DNA of 62,759 nt, filler included, from 10 parts of 10 records of this genome joined end to end with filler, not necessarily neighbours in it; one strand, 5' to 3'. Shown: positions 1-9,753, counted from the whole stretch's first letter. Notes: generated from the letters alone by a model not told the origin. Made by a program: numbers and translations.

Positions 1-252
1 TCGCCCGGCTGGACCTGGTCCAACATCATGGACGAGCTGACCGGCGGCGACCGCGCCAAGACCGACCGGGTGGCGGCGCCGTTCCACCTGCTCGGACGCA
101 CCGGCGACCCGGAAGAGGTCGCGGCATCCGTCCTCTTCCTCTGCTCGGACGAGGCCAGCTTCATCACCGGAACCGACATCCAGGTCGACGGCGGCTACAC
201 CGCCATGGGCCCGGAGCGCGCGGCGCCGGCCATACCGCTTCTGATGGAATGA
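1..252 (+). CDS. Short-chain dehydrogenase, C-terminal fragment (IifB-like indole-2,3-dihydrodiol dehydrogenase); 5' truncated
   Basis: Frame open from base 1: [10 protein letters not shown]...[10 protein letters not shown]...[12 protein letters not shown] (SDR C-terminus); directly upstream of an indole/styrene monooxygenase pair. Confidence 0.85.
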   Translation, partial: SPGWTWSNIMDELTGGDRAKTDRVAAPFHLLGRTGDPEEVAASVLFLCSDEASFITGTDIQVDGGYTAMGPERAAPAIPLLME

Positions 253-274
253 GACCAAAAAAGGGGAACAAAAA

Positions 275-1507
275 ATGAGAAAGATCACGATTATCGGCGG
301 CGGCCAGTCCGGCCTCCAACTCGCCATCGGCCTACTGAAGGCCGGCAACAGCGTGCGCGTCGTGCAAAACCGCACCGCCGAGGACATTGCCACCGGCAAG
401 GTGCTGTCGAGCCAGTGCATGTTTCACAATTCGGTCGAGCATGAGCGCGAACTCGGCATCGATTTCTGGGCCGACACCTGCCCGCCGGTCGACGGCATCA
501 ATTTCCAGGTTCCGGCGCCCGACGGCTCGGGCCAGAAGGCCATCGACTGGACCGGCAGGCTCGACCACAGCGCCTACTCGGTCGACCAGCGGGTCAAGAT
601 TCCTGCCTGGATGGCCGAGTTCGAGCGCCTCGGCGGCACGCTGACCATCAAGGACGCGACAATTGCCGATCTGGAACACTACTCCCGCCAGGACGACCTG
701 GTCATCGTTGCCTCCGGTAAGGGTGACATTGGCCGGCTGTTCGAGCGCGACGCGGAGAAATCGCCCTACGAGACGCCGCAGCGGGCCCTGGCGCTCACCT
801 ATGTCACCGGCATGACGCCGCGGCCCGAGCATTCGGCCGTCTGTTTCAACCTGATCCCCGGAGTCGGCGAATATTTCGTCTTCCCGGCGCTGACCACCTC
901 CGGCCCCTGTGAAATCATGGTGTTCGAGGGCGTGCCGGGCGGTCCGATGGATTGCTGGGCGGATGTGAAGACACCCGAGCAGCACCTGGCGACGTCGAAG
1001 AAGATCCTTGAGACCTTCCTGCCCTGGGAGGCGGCGCGCTGCGAGAATATCGAGCTGACCGATGACAACGGCATTCTCGCCGGCCGTTTCGCCCCCACCA
1101 TCCGCAAACCGGTCGGCACGCTTCCCTCGGGACGCCAGGTGCTCGGTCTCGGCGACGCTGTCTGCCTCAATGACCCGATCACCGGCCAAGGCTCCAACAA
1201 TGCCGCCAAGGCTGCTGCGGTCTATCTCAAGCGCATTCTGGCGCATGGCGACAAGCCGTTCGACGCGGCCTTCATGCAGGGAACCTTCGACGAGTTCTGG
1301 GACTACGCACAGTGGGTGGTCTCCTGGACCAACATGATGCTGCAGCCGCCGCCGCCGTTCATCCTCAACATCATGGGTACCGCCTGCGCCGAGCCGCGGC
1401 TGGCGCACCGCATGGCCAATGGCTTTGACGATCCGCGTGATTTCTTCCCCTGGTTTGCCGATCCGGATGCGGCCGAGGCCTATCTCTCAGAACTCAAGGC
1501 GGCGTAA
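275..1507 (+). CDS. Group E flavoprotein monooxygenase, oxygenase component (indole monooxygenase IifC/IndA or StyA family)
   Basis: GGGQSG Rossmann motif, SSQCMF, LNDPITGQGSNNA; 410 aa; followed by a flavin reductase. Confidence 0.9.
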   Translation: MRKITIIGGGQSGLQLAIGLLKAGNSVRVVQNRTAEDIATGKVLSSQCMFHNSVEHERELGIDFWADTCPPVDGINFQVPAPDGSGQKAIDWTGRLDHSAYSVDQRVKIPAWMAEFERLGGTLTIKDATIADLEHYSRQDDLVIVASGKGDIGRLFERDAEKSPYETPQRALALTYVTGMTPRPEHSAVCFNLIPGVGEYFVFPALTTSGPCEIMVFEGVPGGPMDCWADVKTPEQHLATSKKILETFLPWEAARCENIELTDDNGILAGRFAPTIRKPVGTLPSGRQVLGLGDAVCLNDPITGQGSNNAAKAAAVYLKRILAHGDKPFDAAFMQGTFDEFWDYAQWVVSWTNMMLQPPPPFILNIMGTACAEPRLAHRMANGFDDPRDFFPWFADPDAAEAYLSELKAA

Positions 1508-1508
1508 G

Positions 1509-2003
1509 ATGGGCATGGGCATCGATCACGCCACATTCCGGGCGGCCATGGCCCGCTTTCCGGGGGCGGTGACCATCATCACCGCCCGTCACGGGGCCGA
1601 GCGGCGCGGCATCACCGCCACCGCCGTCTGTTCGGTCTCGGCCGAACCGCCGAGCCTTCTGGCCTGCGTCAACCGCAAGACCGGCACCTGTGCCGCCATC
1701 CGAGAAACCGGAACCTTCAACGTCAATCTTCTCCCGGACCCGGCGAGCCCGCTGGCCATGCGGTTCGCCGGCGCCGAGGGAGTCACCGGCGAGGACAAGT
1801 TTGCCGAAGGTCACTGGGTCGAGGACGAGCGCGGCCTGCCGCTTCTGGACGAAGCGCTGATTGGCTTTTCCTGCGACGTGTCGGAAATGGTCGAGGCCGG
1901 CAGCCATACGGTGTTCATCGGCGAGATCATGCAGATCAGGATCAGCGAGGGCGCGCCGCTGGTCTATGGCCAGTCCCGCTTCCACCGGCTCGAGCCGCTC
2001 TGA
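1509..2003 (+). CDS. Flavin reductase, reductase component (IifD/StyB/HpaC-like)
   Basis: FRAAMARFPGAVTIIT, SVSAEPPSLL, AGSHTVFIGE motifs; ATG 1 nt after the oxygenase stop. Confidence 0.9.
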   Translation: MGMGIDHATFRAAMARFPGAVTIITARHGAERRGITATAVCSVSAEPPSLLACVNRKTGTCAAIRETGTFNVNLLPDPASPLAMRFAGAEGVTGEDKFAEGHWVEDERGLPLLDEALIGFSCDVSEMVEAGSHTVFIGEIMQIRISEGAPLVYGQSRFHRLEPL

Positions 2004-2066
2004 CACGCAAGCTCCGGTCTGGCGGACGCTATCGCCCGGTCCGGTTCGCTGCATTCGCGATTGCCT

Positions 2067-2108
2067 CAACAAGACCGCCCGGTTCTCTCGCCGGGCGGTC
2101 TTTTGTTG
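2067..2108. terminator. Intrinsic terminator hairpin, probably bidirectional
   Basis: AAGACCGCCCGG-N8-CCGGGCGGTCTT followed by TTGTTG, between convergent genes. Confidence 0.75.
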
Positions 2109-2109
2109 A

Positions 2110-3081
2110 TCAGAGCTTGCCGACTTCCTTGTAGTAGCGTGCCGCACCCGGATGGATCTGCATCTCGCCAAGCGGCTTGACCGCGTAGTCGATGCTCAGC
2201 GCCTTGGCCCACGGCGCTTCCGAGGTGATGTTGCCGATATTGTCCCAGAACGCCTTGGTGATCTTGTAGACGGTTTCCTCATCGAGATCGGCGCGCACGC
2301 CGATGCCGACGGCGGTGTCGTGCGACATCAGCGGGCTCTCGTTCTTCTGGCCCTTGTACATGCCGGCCGGCACTTCCGACAGCGTCCGGTCGGAACCCAG
2401 GAACTTGGTGACGGCCTCACCCGAATGGTCCTCGGGACCGATGAAGCGGACATCCTCTGTTTCGGTGAACTGGATGAACTGCTGGCACGGATCGATGCAG
2501 CCATTGACATACATGTCGATCTTGCCGTCCTGGAACGACTGGTATCCGGTCGCCCAGTTGGCGGTGATCGCCTCGTAATCCTGGCCGGCGACGAGACCCG
2601 TGGTCGCTTCGATCCACGCCTTGGCGGTGTTGAAGGCGCCGCCGCCGGCGGGGCCCAGGAACACGCTTGCGCCTTCGATGTCGTCCAGCGTCTGGATATT
2701 GCTGCCGGCCCTCACTGTGTAGTGATACTGGCCGTAGGGAAACCACATGATCAGCTGCACGTTCTTCGAAAGTTCCGGCGCCTCGGGTTCCTTGGCATAC
2801 ATCGCCTTGCCGCTCTGCATCAGCCGGTAGATGGTCGGCGAGACCATCGCCATGTCGAGATTGCCGCGGCCCACTTCGAGCATGTGCAACGTTGCCGCGC
2901 CGCCGCCGGCGACTTCGATCTCGACATCGCCGAGCGCGTCGGTCACCAGGTTGGCGAAGGTGGCCATGGTGATGGCCTGGCCGAGGCTCGGCTCGATGGT
3001 CGCCATCTTCAGGGTTTCGGCCTGAGCGGTTCCCATGCCGATCAGAAGCGCGGCTGCCGCCGCCAGTGTGTGCTTTCTCAT
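2110..3081 (-). CDS. TAXI-family TRAP transporter solute-binding protein
   Basis: Signal peptide (AQA|ET), VYKITKAFW and IHPGAARYYKE motifs; GGAGGA RBS. Confidence 0.9.
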   Translation of the reverse strand: MRKHTLAAAAALLIGMGTAQAETLKMATIEPSLGQAITMATFANLVTDALGDVEIEVAGGGAATLHMLEVGRGNLDMAMVSPTIYRLMQSGKAMYAKEPEAPELSKNVQLIMWFPYGQYHYTVRAGSNIQTLDDIEGASVFLGPAGGGAFNTAKAWIEATTGLVAGQDYEAITANWATGYQSFQDGKIDMYVNGCIDPCQQFIQFTETEDVRFIGPEDHSGEAVTKFLGSDRTLSEVPAGMYKGQKNESPLMSHDTAVGIGVRADLDEETVYKITKAFWDNIGNITSEAPWAKALSIDYAVKPLGEMQIHPGAARYYKEVGKL

Positions 3082-3113
3082 GTCTCTTCCTCCTTGTTTC
3101 GTTTTCTGCTCCG

Positions 3114-5204
3114 TCAGGTCATGGCCTCGACGGTTTTCCGCTGCGCTGCGCGTTCCCTGACAATCAGTGCGATACCGGCAAGGGCTGCCGGACCGGCGAT
3201 CAGGATCTGCGGGAACAGGCAGGCCAGTCCCAGCACGGCCCGCGCCAGGCGCTCGGACATGGAGAGCCGGGCCCGGTCAAATCCCGCCAGCGCCGAGGCG
3301 ATCAGCCACATCGCCAGGGTGAAGGCGATGATGATCCAGCCGAGTTCAGCCCAGCTCACCGTTGCGATGTCGATCATCGCGCGGGAGTTGGTCCTGTCCT
3401 CGCCGAACCATTCGAACAGCACCTGGAGCTTGTAGAGCACCGCCGGGTGATAGACGAAGACGAAGGGAATGATGAAACCCGCGAGCGCGATCTTCGCCGC
3501 CTCGAACCCGGTGCGCACCGGATCAGCCCCGGCGATCGGCGCCGCCGCGAAGGCCGCCAGCGCCACCGGCGGCGTCACCGTCGACATCATGGCGAAGAAG
3601 ACCACGAACAGGTGCAGCGTCAGCGGCGCGATCCCGACCGTGTCGATGCCGGAACTGAGCGCGATCACGATGATGAAATAGGTGGCGCCCGGCGGCAGCC
3701 CCATGCCGAGCACGATCGCACCGAAGGCGACGATCAAAAGCACCACGAACAACGGCCCGTCCGCCACTTGCGCCAGCAGCAGCGACAGGCGTCCGGCGAA
3801 ACCGGACGTCTGGATCAGGCCGACGATCAGCCCGATCGCTGTGACGATGACGACGATGGAGGCCGCCATGCGCCCGGCCTGAACGAAGGCGTCCCAGACC
3901 TTTCCGGACGACCGGAAGCCGGGAAACAGCACCAGCGTCGAGCCGAGCGCGGCGACAAGTCCGTAAAACCCGGCCTTGGGCACCGATGGCTGCACGAAGA
4001 GGAAATAGGAAAGCACGCCAAGCGGGATGAGGAACACAAGCGTCTGGACCCATTCCCCGCGGGTGAGCCGCGGCCGGGCCTCGTCCGGCAGCGCTCCGAT
4101 TCCAAGCCGCCGGGCCTCGAAATAGACGGCAAGAAAGGTCCCCAGATAGTAGAAGATCGCCGGAATGATCGCCGCAACCACGATGTAGCGGTATTCGAGC
4201 CCGATCTGGCCGGCGACGAAGAATGCCACCACGCCCATCACCGGCGGCATGATCTGACCGCCGGTGGAGGCGGCCGCCTCGACCGCCCCGGCGAACGCCG
4301 GCCTGAAGCCGGATTTCTTGATCACCGGAATGGTCATCACCCCGGTCGAGACCACGTTGGAGATCGCCGCCCCCGACAGCGTGCCGAACAGCGCCGAGCT
4401 GGCAACCGCCGCATGCGCCGCCCCGCCAGTCAGCCCGCCGGTCAGGCGGTTGGCGATCTTCATCAGCAAATCGCCCGCGCCCGATCCCATCAGGATGGCG
4501 CCGAAGACGATGAAGATCAGCACGTTGCCGGTCACCACCTGGACCGGCTGCCCGAACATGCCGCCGGTCTGGGCCCAGAAATTCAGCACCATCGTGCGCA
4601 GGTTCTGCACAATCGTCGCTTCCGATCCCGCCAGGATGCCGGCCCACTCCGGCAGCCAGCCGCGGGCGAAGAAATAGGCGATCCAGAAGACCGAGAAGCC
4701 GACGATGAACCCGCCATACATGCGGTAGGTGAGGTAGAGCGTCAGCACCATCGCCAGCAGGAAGGCGACGTGATCCACTCCCGAGACCGAGGGCACGACA
4801 CCGGCGTCCGACACGAAGATCTTGGCGACCCAGGCGCTGAACACCGCGACCGAGAGCCCGGCCATGGCCCAGTTGAAGGGGCGCAGGCCGGGTTGCCTGT
4901 GCAGGGTGAGGGTGGAGATCACGAATGACAGGATGATCGGCAGGCCGATGATCAGCCCGGTCGGCAGCAAAAAGCCCTGCTCGAACCCGCGATGCGCCGC
5001 CCCCAGCCAGTGCTCCCGCAGAACCAGCCGCTGATCGCGCCGGGACATCTCGGCAAATCCGTCGGTGGCGTTGGCAATCACCCAACGGACGAATTCGCTC
5101 AGCGGACCCGAGGCCGCATAGAGCACGATGATGAGCGCGAACGTCACCGCCACCAGATCGGCAATCCGCTTGTCGGCCCGATGTGGCGGCGCGGGCTCAG
5201 TCAT
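3114..5204 (-). CDS. TRAP transporter fused 4TM/12TM permease
   Basis: SSALFGTLSG, NVVSTG, EAAASTGGQIMPPVMG, TPPVALAAF motifs. Confidence 0.92.
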   Translation of the reverse strand: MTEPAPPHRADKRIADLVAVTFALIIVLYAASGPLSEFVRWVIANATDGFAEMSRRDQRLVLREHWLGAAHRGFEQGFLLPTGLIIGLPIILSFVISTLTLHRQPGLRPFNWAMAGLSVAVFSAWVAKIFVSDAGVVPSVSGVDHVAFLLAMVLTLYLTYRMYGGFIVGFSVFWIAYFFARGWLPEWAGILAGSEATIVQNLRTMVLNFWAQTGGMFGQPVQVVTGNVLIFIVFGAILMGSGAGDLLMKIANRLTGGLTGGAAHAAVASSALFGTLSGAAISNVVSTGVMTIPVIKKSGFRPAFAGAVEAAASTGGQIMPPVMGVVAFFVAGQIGLEYRYIVVAAIIPAIFYYLGTFLAVYFEARRLGIGALPDEARPRLTRGEWVQTLVFLIPLGVLSYFLFVQPSVPKAGFYGLVAALGSTLVLFPGFRSSGKVWDAFVQAGRMAASIVVIVTAIGLIVGLIQTSGFAGRLSLLLAQVADGPLFVVLLIVAFGAIVLGMGLPPGATYFIIVIALSSGIDTVGIAPLTLHLFVVFFAMMSTVTPPVALAAFAAAPIAGADPVRTGFEAAKIALAGFIIPFVFVYHPAVLYKLQVLFEWFGEDRTNSRAMIDIATVSWAELGWIIIAFTLAMWLIASALAGFDRARLSMSERLARAVLGLACLFPQILIAGPAALAGIALIVRERAAQRKTVEAMT

Positions 5205-5875
5205 GATCCCCGGGCTCCGTCTCCATGTGGATCTGCCGCGCCGGTCCCCGGTATTTCGCCGTAAGCTCCTCCGGAACCTCCGATCCGTCCACCAGGAACG
5301 GCAGGATGCCCTTGCGCGCCGAGGCGCCGCGCATCGCCTCGATGTCCTCGTCCGACCGCGTTACCCGTTGGGCGTTGCGCCGGCCCCAGCACGCGAGCTT
5401 TTCGTAAAGCTCCGCGATCACCGCCTCATGCCCGGGTTTTCCACCGAGGTCGAAGAACTCGTCCGGGTCATTGAGCGTGTCGAACAGCATCGGGCGGAAC
5501 CCGCCTTCGGTGTGCATCAGCTTGTAGCGCCCGTCATAGACCATGAACAGCCGCGCGTCGTCGGCGCTGACACCCAGCACCGTGCGCATCGGCGTGACCG
5601 AGTAGTCGTATTCGCTGATCACGAAATCGCGCCAGTCCTCCGGCGTTTCGCCATTGAGCCAGGGCATCAGCGACCGGCCCTCGATGATGTGTCCGGGCAC
5701 CTTGCCGCCGGCGGCTTCGACGAAGGTGGCCGCCAGGTCGATGCTCTCGACCAGCGCGTCGCAGCTGGTGCCGCGGGCGGCGTCGGCCTCACGCCGCGGA
5801 TCGTAGATGATCAGCGGGATCTTCACCGACGGTTCGTGGAACAGGTCCTTCTCGCCAAGCCAGTGATCGCCGAGA
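5197..5875 (-). CDS. Sulfatase / phosphonate monoester hydrolase family protein, C-terminal part; 5' truncated
   Basis: Frame extends to contig edge: LGDHWLGEKDLFHEPSVKIPLII...VESIDLAATF...GRSL...LFDTLNDPDE. Confidence 0.85.
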
Positions 5876-5975
5876 NNNNNNNNNNNNNNNNNNNNNNNNN
5901 NNNNNNNNNNNNNNNNNNNTTAATTAATTAANNNNNNNNNNNNNNNNNNNNNNNNNNNNNNNNNNNNNNNNNNNN
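5876..5975. other. Synthetic contig spacer
   Basis: N44-TTAATTAATTAA-N44 (stops in all six frames). Confidence 0.98.
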
Positions 5976-6011
5976 TAAATCTGGCGTGTCTACCAATTCC
6001 ACCACACCCGC
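5976..6011 (-). tRNA. tRNA-Leu 5' half (anticodon TA[G] likely), truncated by contig end
   Basis: Reverse complement GCGGGTGTGGTGGAATTGGTAGACACGCCAGATTTA gives acceptor strand, D-arm and start of the anticodon arm. Confidence 0.85.
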
Positions 6012-6098
6012 GAGCCCTCTTGGCGTCCATGGAGGCGCCATGTCGTATAGGACCGGCATGGCTATCCGAACCGGCCCGGCACGTCAACTGTTATGGCT

Positions 6099-7517
6099 TC
6101 AGTCGCGGAGTAGCGGTTTAACGGAGGAAGAGACCGCTATTTTCCCGGAAGAGGAATAGGCCCCGCTATTACTTTCGATATCGCTCACGCGATACAGATA
6201 ATTGATCATCATTCCATGGGCTTGGGCGAGACCCTTTTTCGATGTATCCCCAAGCCAGTTAAGCCGTTCCATCCGGGCGCCGTTCGACAGATGGAAATGT
6301 GCAACCGGGTCCTTCGCCTTGCCATCAGGACGGCGTTCCCCGTGAAGATACTGCGCCGCCATGCGGCTGACCGGCATTTTCAAGGCAGCAGCCAGTTGCT
6401 CATCCTTGTACCAGTCCGGACGTCCCAGAGCCGCTTTCAGCCGCTCACCGTCGCTCTCGCCATCCACCAGTGGTGCAAGAGCCTTGCGCTCCGCGTTGGT
6501 CAGCTCGAAGGCGTCGCTGTCCAGTGCCTGCGCCGACCATTTTCCGAATCCCGGAATCGGCGACAGGGTTGCGAATTTCTTCAGATTCGGCACGTCGTGC
6601 TCGAGCAGTTCGACAACCCGCTTGATCAGGAAGTTGCCGAAACTGATGCCGACAAGCCCCTTCTGCGCGTTGGAAATCGAATAGAAGATCGCCGTGGTGG
6701 CCGCTGCCACATCCCCCATTGGCGCACTCGCATCGAGAATATCGTGCACATTTGCCGCCATTTCCGGCACCAGCGCGACTTCAACGAAAATCAGCGGCTC
6801 ATGCGGCATCGCCGGGTGGAAATAGGCAAAGCACCGCCGGTCGGAATCGAGCCGATTCTTCAGATCGTCCCAGGAGCGAATTTCATGAACAGCTTCATAA
6901 GTGATCAGTTTTTCGAGAATCGCAGCCGGGCTCTCCCAGGTGATCTGCGTCAGCTCCAGCAGCCCGACATCGAACCAGGCGCTCAGCATCTCGCGCAGGT
7001 CGTCGGACAGCGCCTTGATCGCCGGTTCCGTGCGCGCGTATTCAAGCATCACGACTCGCATATCGACGAGGAATTTCACGCCTTCCGGCAGCGTCGTGAA
7101 ACGCTTCAGCAAGCGGCGCCAGCGTGGCTCAAGGGCACGGCGCAGTGCAGCTTCCGCCTTTGTCCGGGCCTCGTCGTTCTTTGCCGCCCTGACGCCTTCT
7201 ATGGCCTCGTCAACAGCAGCGCGGTCGATCCCGTAATTTTCAGCCAGAAGCTTCAGGAAGCGTAACTGGCCGGTCGGCTCCAGCGCCAGATACATCCCGC
7301 CAAGATCGGCCGCGCGGGCACGGGCGGAAACCTCGTCCGCGCGCACCGTCAGGCAATCTTCCATTTGCTGGCGAACACGTTCCAGATCTTCGTCCGGCAG
7401 ATCCGGGCGTGGCAGCCCAGAGAACATGTGACGCGTGGAATCGGACAATCCCGACCATGCCTGGCGCAGGTTGGAAAGTGTCCGGTCGATGAAACTTGTC
7501 GGTTGATCGTTTGGCAT
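6099..7517 (-). CDS. Malonyl-CoA decarboxylase
   Basis: YEAVHEI, DRRCFAYFHP, FYSISNAQKGL, TLSPIPGF, DPVAHFHLSNGA, MINYLY motifs. Confidence 0.93.
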   Translation of the reverse strand: MPNDQPTSFIDRTLSNLRQAWSGLSDSTRHMFSGLPRPDLPDEDLERVRQQMEDCLTVRADEVSARARAADLGGMYLALEPTGQLRFLKLLAENYGIDRAAVDEAIEGVRAAKNDEARTKAEAALRRALEPRWRRLLKRFTTLPEGVKFLVDMRVVMLEYARTEPAIKALSDDLREMLSAWFDVGLLELTQITWESPAAILEKLITYEAVHEIRSWDDLKNRLDSDRRCFAYFHPAMPHEPLIFVEVALVPEMAANVHDILDASAPMGDVAAATTAIFYSISNAQKGLVGISFGNFLIKRVVELLEHDVPNLKKFATLSPIPGFGKWSAQALDSDAFELTNAERKALAPLVDGESDGERLKAALGRPDWYKDEQLAAALKMPVSRMAAQYLHGERRPDGKAKDPVAHFHLSNGARMERLNWLGDTSKKGLAQAHGMMINYLYRVSDIESNSGAYSSSGKIAVSSSVKPLLRD

Positions 7518-7548
7518 TTTCAAAAGATGGCCCAGCTTTGCCTCGCCT

Positions 7549-9057
7549 TCAACGCTCTCTTAGTGAAGAATTTTCGGAAATCACGGACCAACCGAGATCT
7601 TCGGCGAAAATCCGGGGGAAAATCTCCGGCAAATCTTCCGCGATCAGGCCGGGCCCAAAACGGTTTGCCGCCGCTCCGTTGATCCAGACACCCGCCGCAG
7701 CGGCTTCGAATGCCGGCATGCCTTGTGTCAATAATCCGAGGATCGTGCCTGCCAGCACATCTCCGGTGCCCCCCGTTGCCAGCCATGGCGGGGCATTGCA
7801 GTTAATCGCCGCCCTGCCATCCGGCGCGGCAATGACCGTGTCAGACCCTTTCAGCACGACAACCGCCCCAACCAGTCCTGCGGCGGCGCGCGCTATCTCC
7901 AGTTTGCTACCGGAAAGACCGGGAAACAGACGGACAAATTCGCCCTGATGCGGAGTCAAGACTGCAGGAGCTTTGATCATGCTGGAAAGTGCCGTGGCCT
8001 GCCCGGCGAAAACCGTCAGCGCATCCGCATCAAGTACAACAGCCCTCTCCGCCTGAAGCGCCACCTCCACAATTGACCGTGTGTGCTCTGAAACACCATG
8101 CCCCGGCCCAACAAGAACAGCGTTCTTTCGGGCATCCTCCAGCAGCGTGCTGAATAGCGCGGCATCATCGGCCGGGGACGTAATCACACCCGGTGCATCA
8201 GCGGAGAATAACGGACATAGCCCCGAGGTAGCGGCAACGGTCAAAAGTCCGGCCCCGGACCGGCGTGCCGCCCGTGCGGCAAGGCGCCCGGCCCCGGTCA
8301 TCTCTCCCCCGCAAACAACCGCGTGCCCGCGTGTGTATTTATGGCTGACGGCATCCGGCCGCAGCAGGGCGAAAGCCCACAAATCCCGAGCATTCTCGAA
8401 AGCGGCCGGACCAATCTCGCGGAGTACGTCCGGCTTGATCCCTATATCGGTAACGATGAGCTCTCCGGACAATGCACGGCCCGGATGAAGCAGGTGCCCC
8501 GGCTTCTTGCGGAAAAACGTCACACTCATCGCGGCCGGGACGGCGATTCCGCGCACGGCGCCAGTGTTTCCGTCGACACCGCTCGGCATATCGATCGCGA
8601 CAGATGTCAGAGATCCGTCGCCAACCATTTCCCCGGCACGGGACAGGAAATCAAACGCGCCCCCTTCGATATCACGCGTCAGGCCAGCGCCGAAAAGCGC
8701 ATCGACCAGCAATTCGGTTCCGTCAAGCAGCCCGGGCGCCAGTGCGGCAACCGGGCCATCCCACTTGGCAGCCGTCAGCGCAGCATCGCCCCGGAGGCCC
8801 TCAAGCTGCCCCAGCAGCGCCAGCGTTACGTCCCAGCCCCGCTCCCGCAGCAACCGGGCGACAACAAAGCCATCACCGCCATTGTTCCCGGGACCGCAAA
8901 CAACAAGTGTCCGGCGCGGCGTATACCGGGCGGCAATAATGTCGGAGACGGTCCAGCCGGCGGATTCCATCAATTCGATACCGGGCACGCCATCCCGAAT
9001 CGTTATCCGGTCCGCCTCCCCCATCTCCTCGACACTGAGCAGCGTCAGATCGTCCAC
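7549..9057 (-). CDS. nnr: Bifunctional NAD(P)HX epimerase/dehydratase (YjeF, NnrE-NnrD)
   Basis: CGPGNNGGDG, DALFGAG, VVLDADAL, LTPHQGEF, LATGGTGDVLAG. Confidence 0.95.
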   Translation of the reverse strand: MDDLTLLSVEEMGEADRITIRDGVPGIELMESAGWTVSDIIAARYTPRRTLVVCGPGNNGGDGFVVARLLRERGWDVTLALLGQLEGLRGDAALTAAKWDGPVAALAPGLLDGTELLVDALFGAGLTRDIEGGAFDFLSRAGEMVGDGSLTSVAIDMPSGVDGNTGAVRGIAVPAAMSVTFFRKKPGHLLHPGRALSGELIVTDIGIKPDVLREIGPAAFENARDLWAFALLRPDAVSHKYTRGHAVVCGGEMTGAGRLAARAARRSGAGLLTVAATSGLCPLFSADAPGVITSPADDAALFSTLLEDARKNAVLVGPGHGVSEHTRSIVEVALQAERAVVLDADALTVFAGQATALSSMIKAPAVLTPHQGEFVRLFPGLSGSKLEIARAAAGLVGAVVVLKGSDTVIAAPDGRAAINCNAPPWLATGGTGDVLAGTILGLLTQGMPAFEAAAAGVWINGAAANRFGPGLIAEDLPEIFPRIFAEDLGWSVISENSSLRER

Positions 9058-9171
9058 ATGCCTCTCCAGCCCTTGAGTCGGGCGGAGGATAGGACGAGAG
9101 TGCCGGTCTTGGAATGCGGTAAATCCGCGCTACCCCAGTCACCCCGCTCACAACAAACTCTGGAATCCCCG

Positions 9172-9558
9172 ATGACCGTTCTGAACCGTGCTCTTTGGAT
9201 CGTTCTTGGTTTTGCCGGGCTGATCGCCGTCGGCATCGGCGCCTACGGCACACATGCGGCCGGTTTCGACAGCGTCGCTCATGAAAGGTTTGCCAGCGCC
9301 CTGCTTTATCATCTCGTGCATCTCGGTGCCCTGGCGGTCTCCCTGCTCGTCAGCGGACGCACAACCTCGCCGCTGGCCACGGCAAGCGGCTGCCTGTTTC
9401 TGCTCGGGATGCTGCTTTTCTCGGGATCGCTCTATGCCAGCGCATTCAGTGGCGGCGCCGCGACGACCGCACTCGCCCCGTATGGCGGCGTGTCCTTCAT
9501 GCTCGGATGGCTGACTCTCGGTGTTGCCGGAGCCCGCTCGGTCCCTGGAAAGCTTTAA
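9172..9558 (+). CDS. DUF423 family small membrane protein (YgdD/TMEM256-like)
   Basis: GAYGTH, YHLVH, LFSGSLY, APYGGVSFMLGW. Confidence 0.88.
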   Translation: MTVLNRALWIVLGFAGLIAVGIGAYGTHAAGFDSVAHERFASALLYHLVHLGALAVSLLVSGRTTSPLATASGCLFLLGMLLFSGSLYASAFSGGAATTALAPYGGVSFMLGWLTLGVAGARSVPGKL

Positions 9559-9583
9559 GGAGTGATAATTCCAAAAGAGGGAG

Positions 9584-9661
9584 TGGGGCGAGTGATGGGT
9601 CTTGAACCCACGACCTCCAGATCCACAATCTGGCGCTCTAACCAGCTGAGCTACACCCGCC
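9584..9661 (-). tRNA. tRNA-His (GTG) with encoded G-1 and CCA
   Basis: GGCGGGTGTAGCTCAGCTGGTTAGAGCGCCAGATTGTGGATCTGGAGGTCGTGGGTTCAAGACCCATCACTCGCCCCA folds as a cloverleaf. Confidence 0.97.
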
Positions 9662-9753
9662 ACAATTCCGCTCGCTCATTCGCGAGGGCCGTTTACCTAC
9701 TGTAACATAGCAGGCCCGTCAACCGGTTTACCGTGTCGTCATGCCGGTTCTTT

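Noticed and set aside
2152..4928. 427-aa and 620-aa plus-strand ORFs
   Set aside because: Antisense to well-supported TAXI and TRAP permease genes; Arg/His-rich shadow composition
5920..5931. TTAATTAATTAA recurring nine times as a possible biological repeat or CRISPR
   Set aside because: Always centred in a 100-nt N block; it is a six-frame stop linker added during concatenation
8323..9171. Long N-terminal extension of the DUF423 ORF
   Set aside because: Overlaps nnr on the opposite strand; the likely start is ATG 9172
9148..9663. 171-aa minus-strand ORF starting [15 protein letters not shown]
   Set aside because: Translation through tRNA-His and antisense to the DUF423 gene
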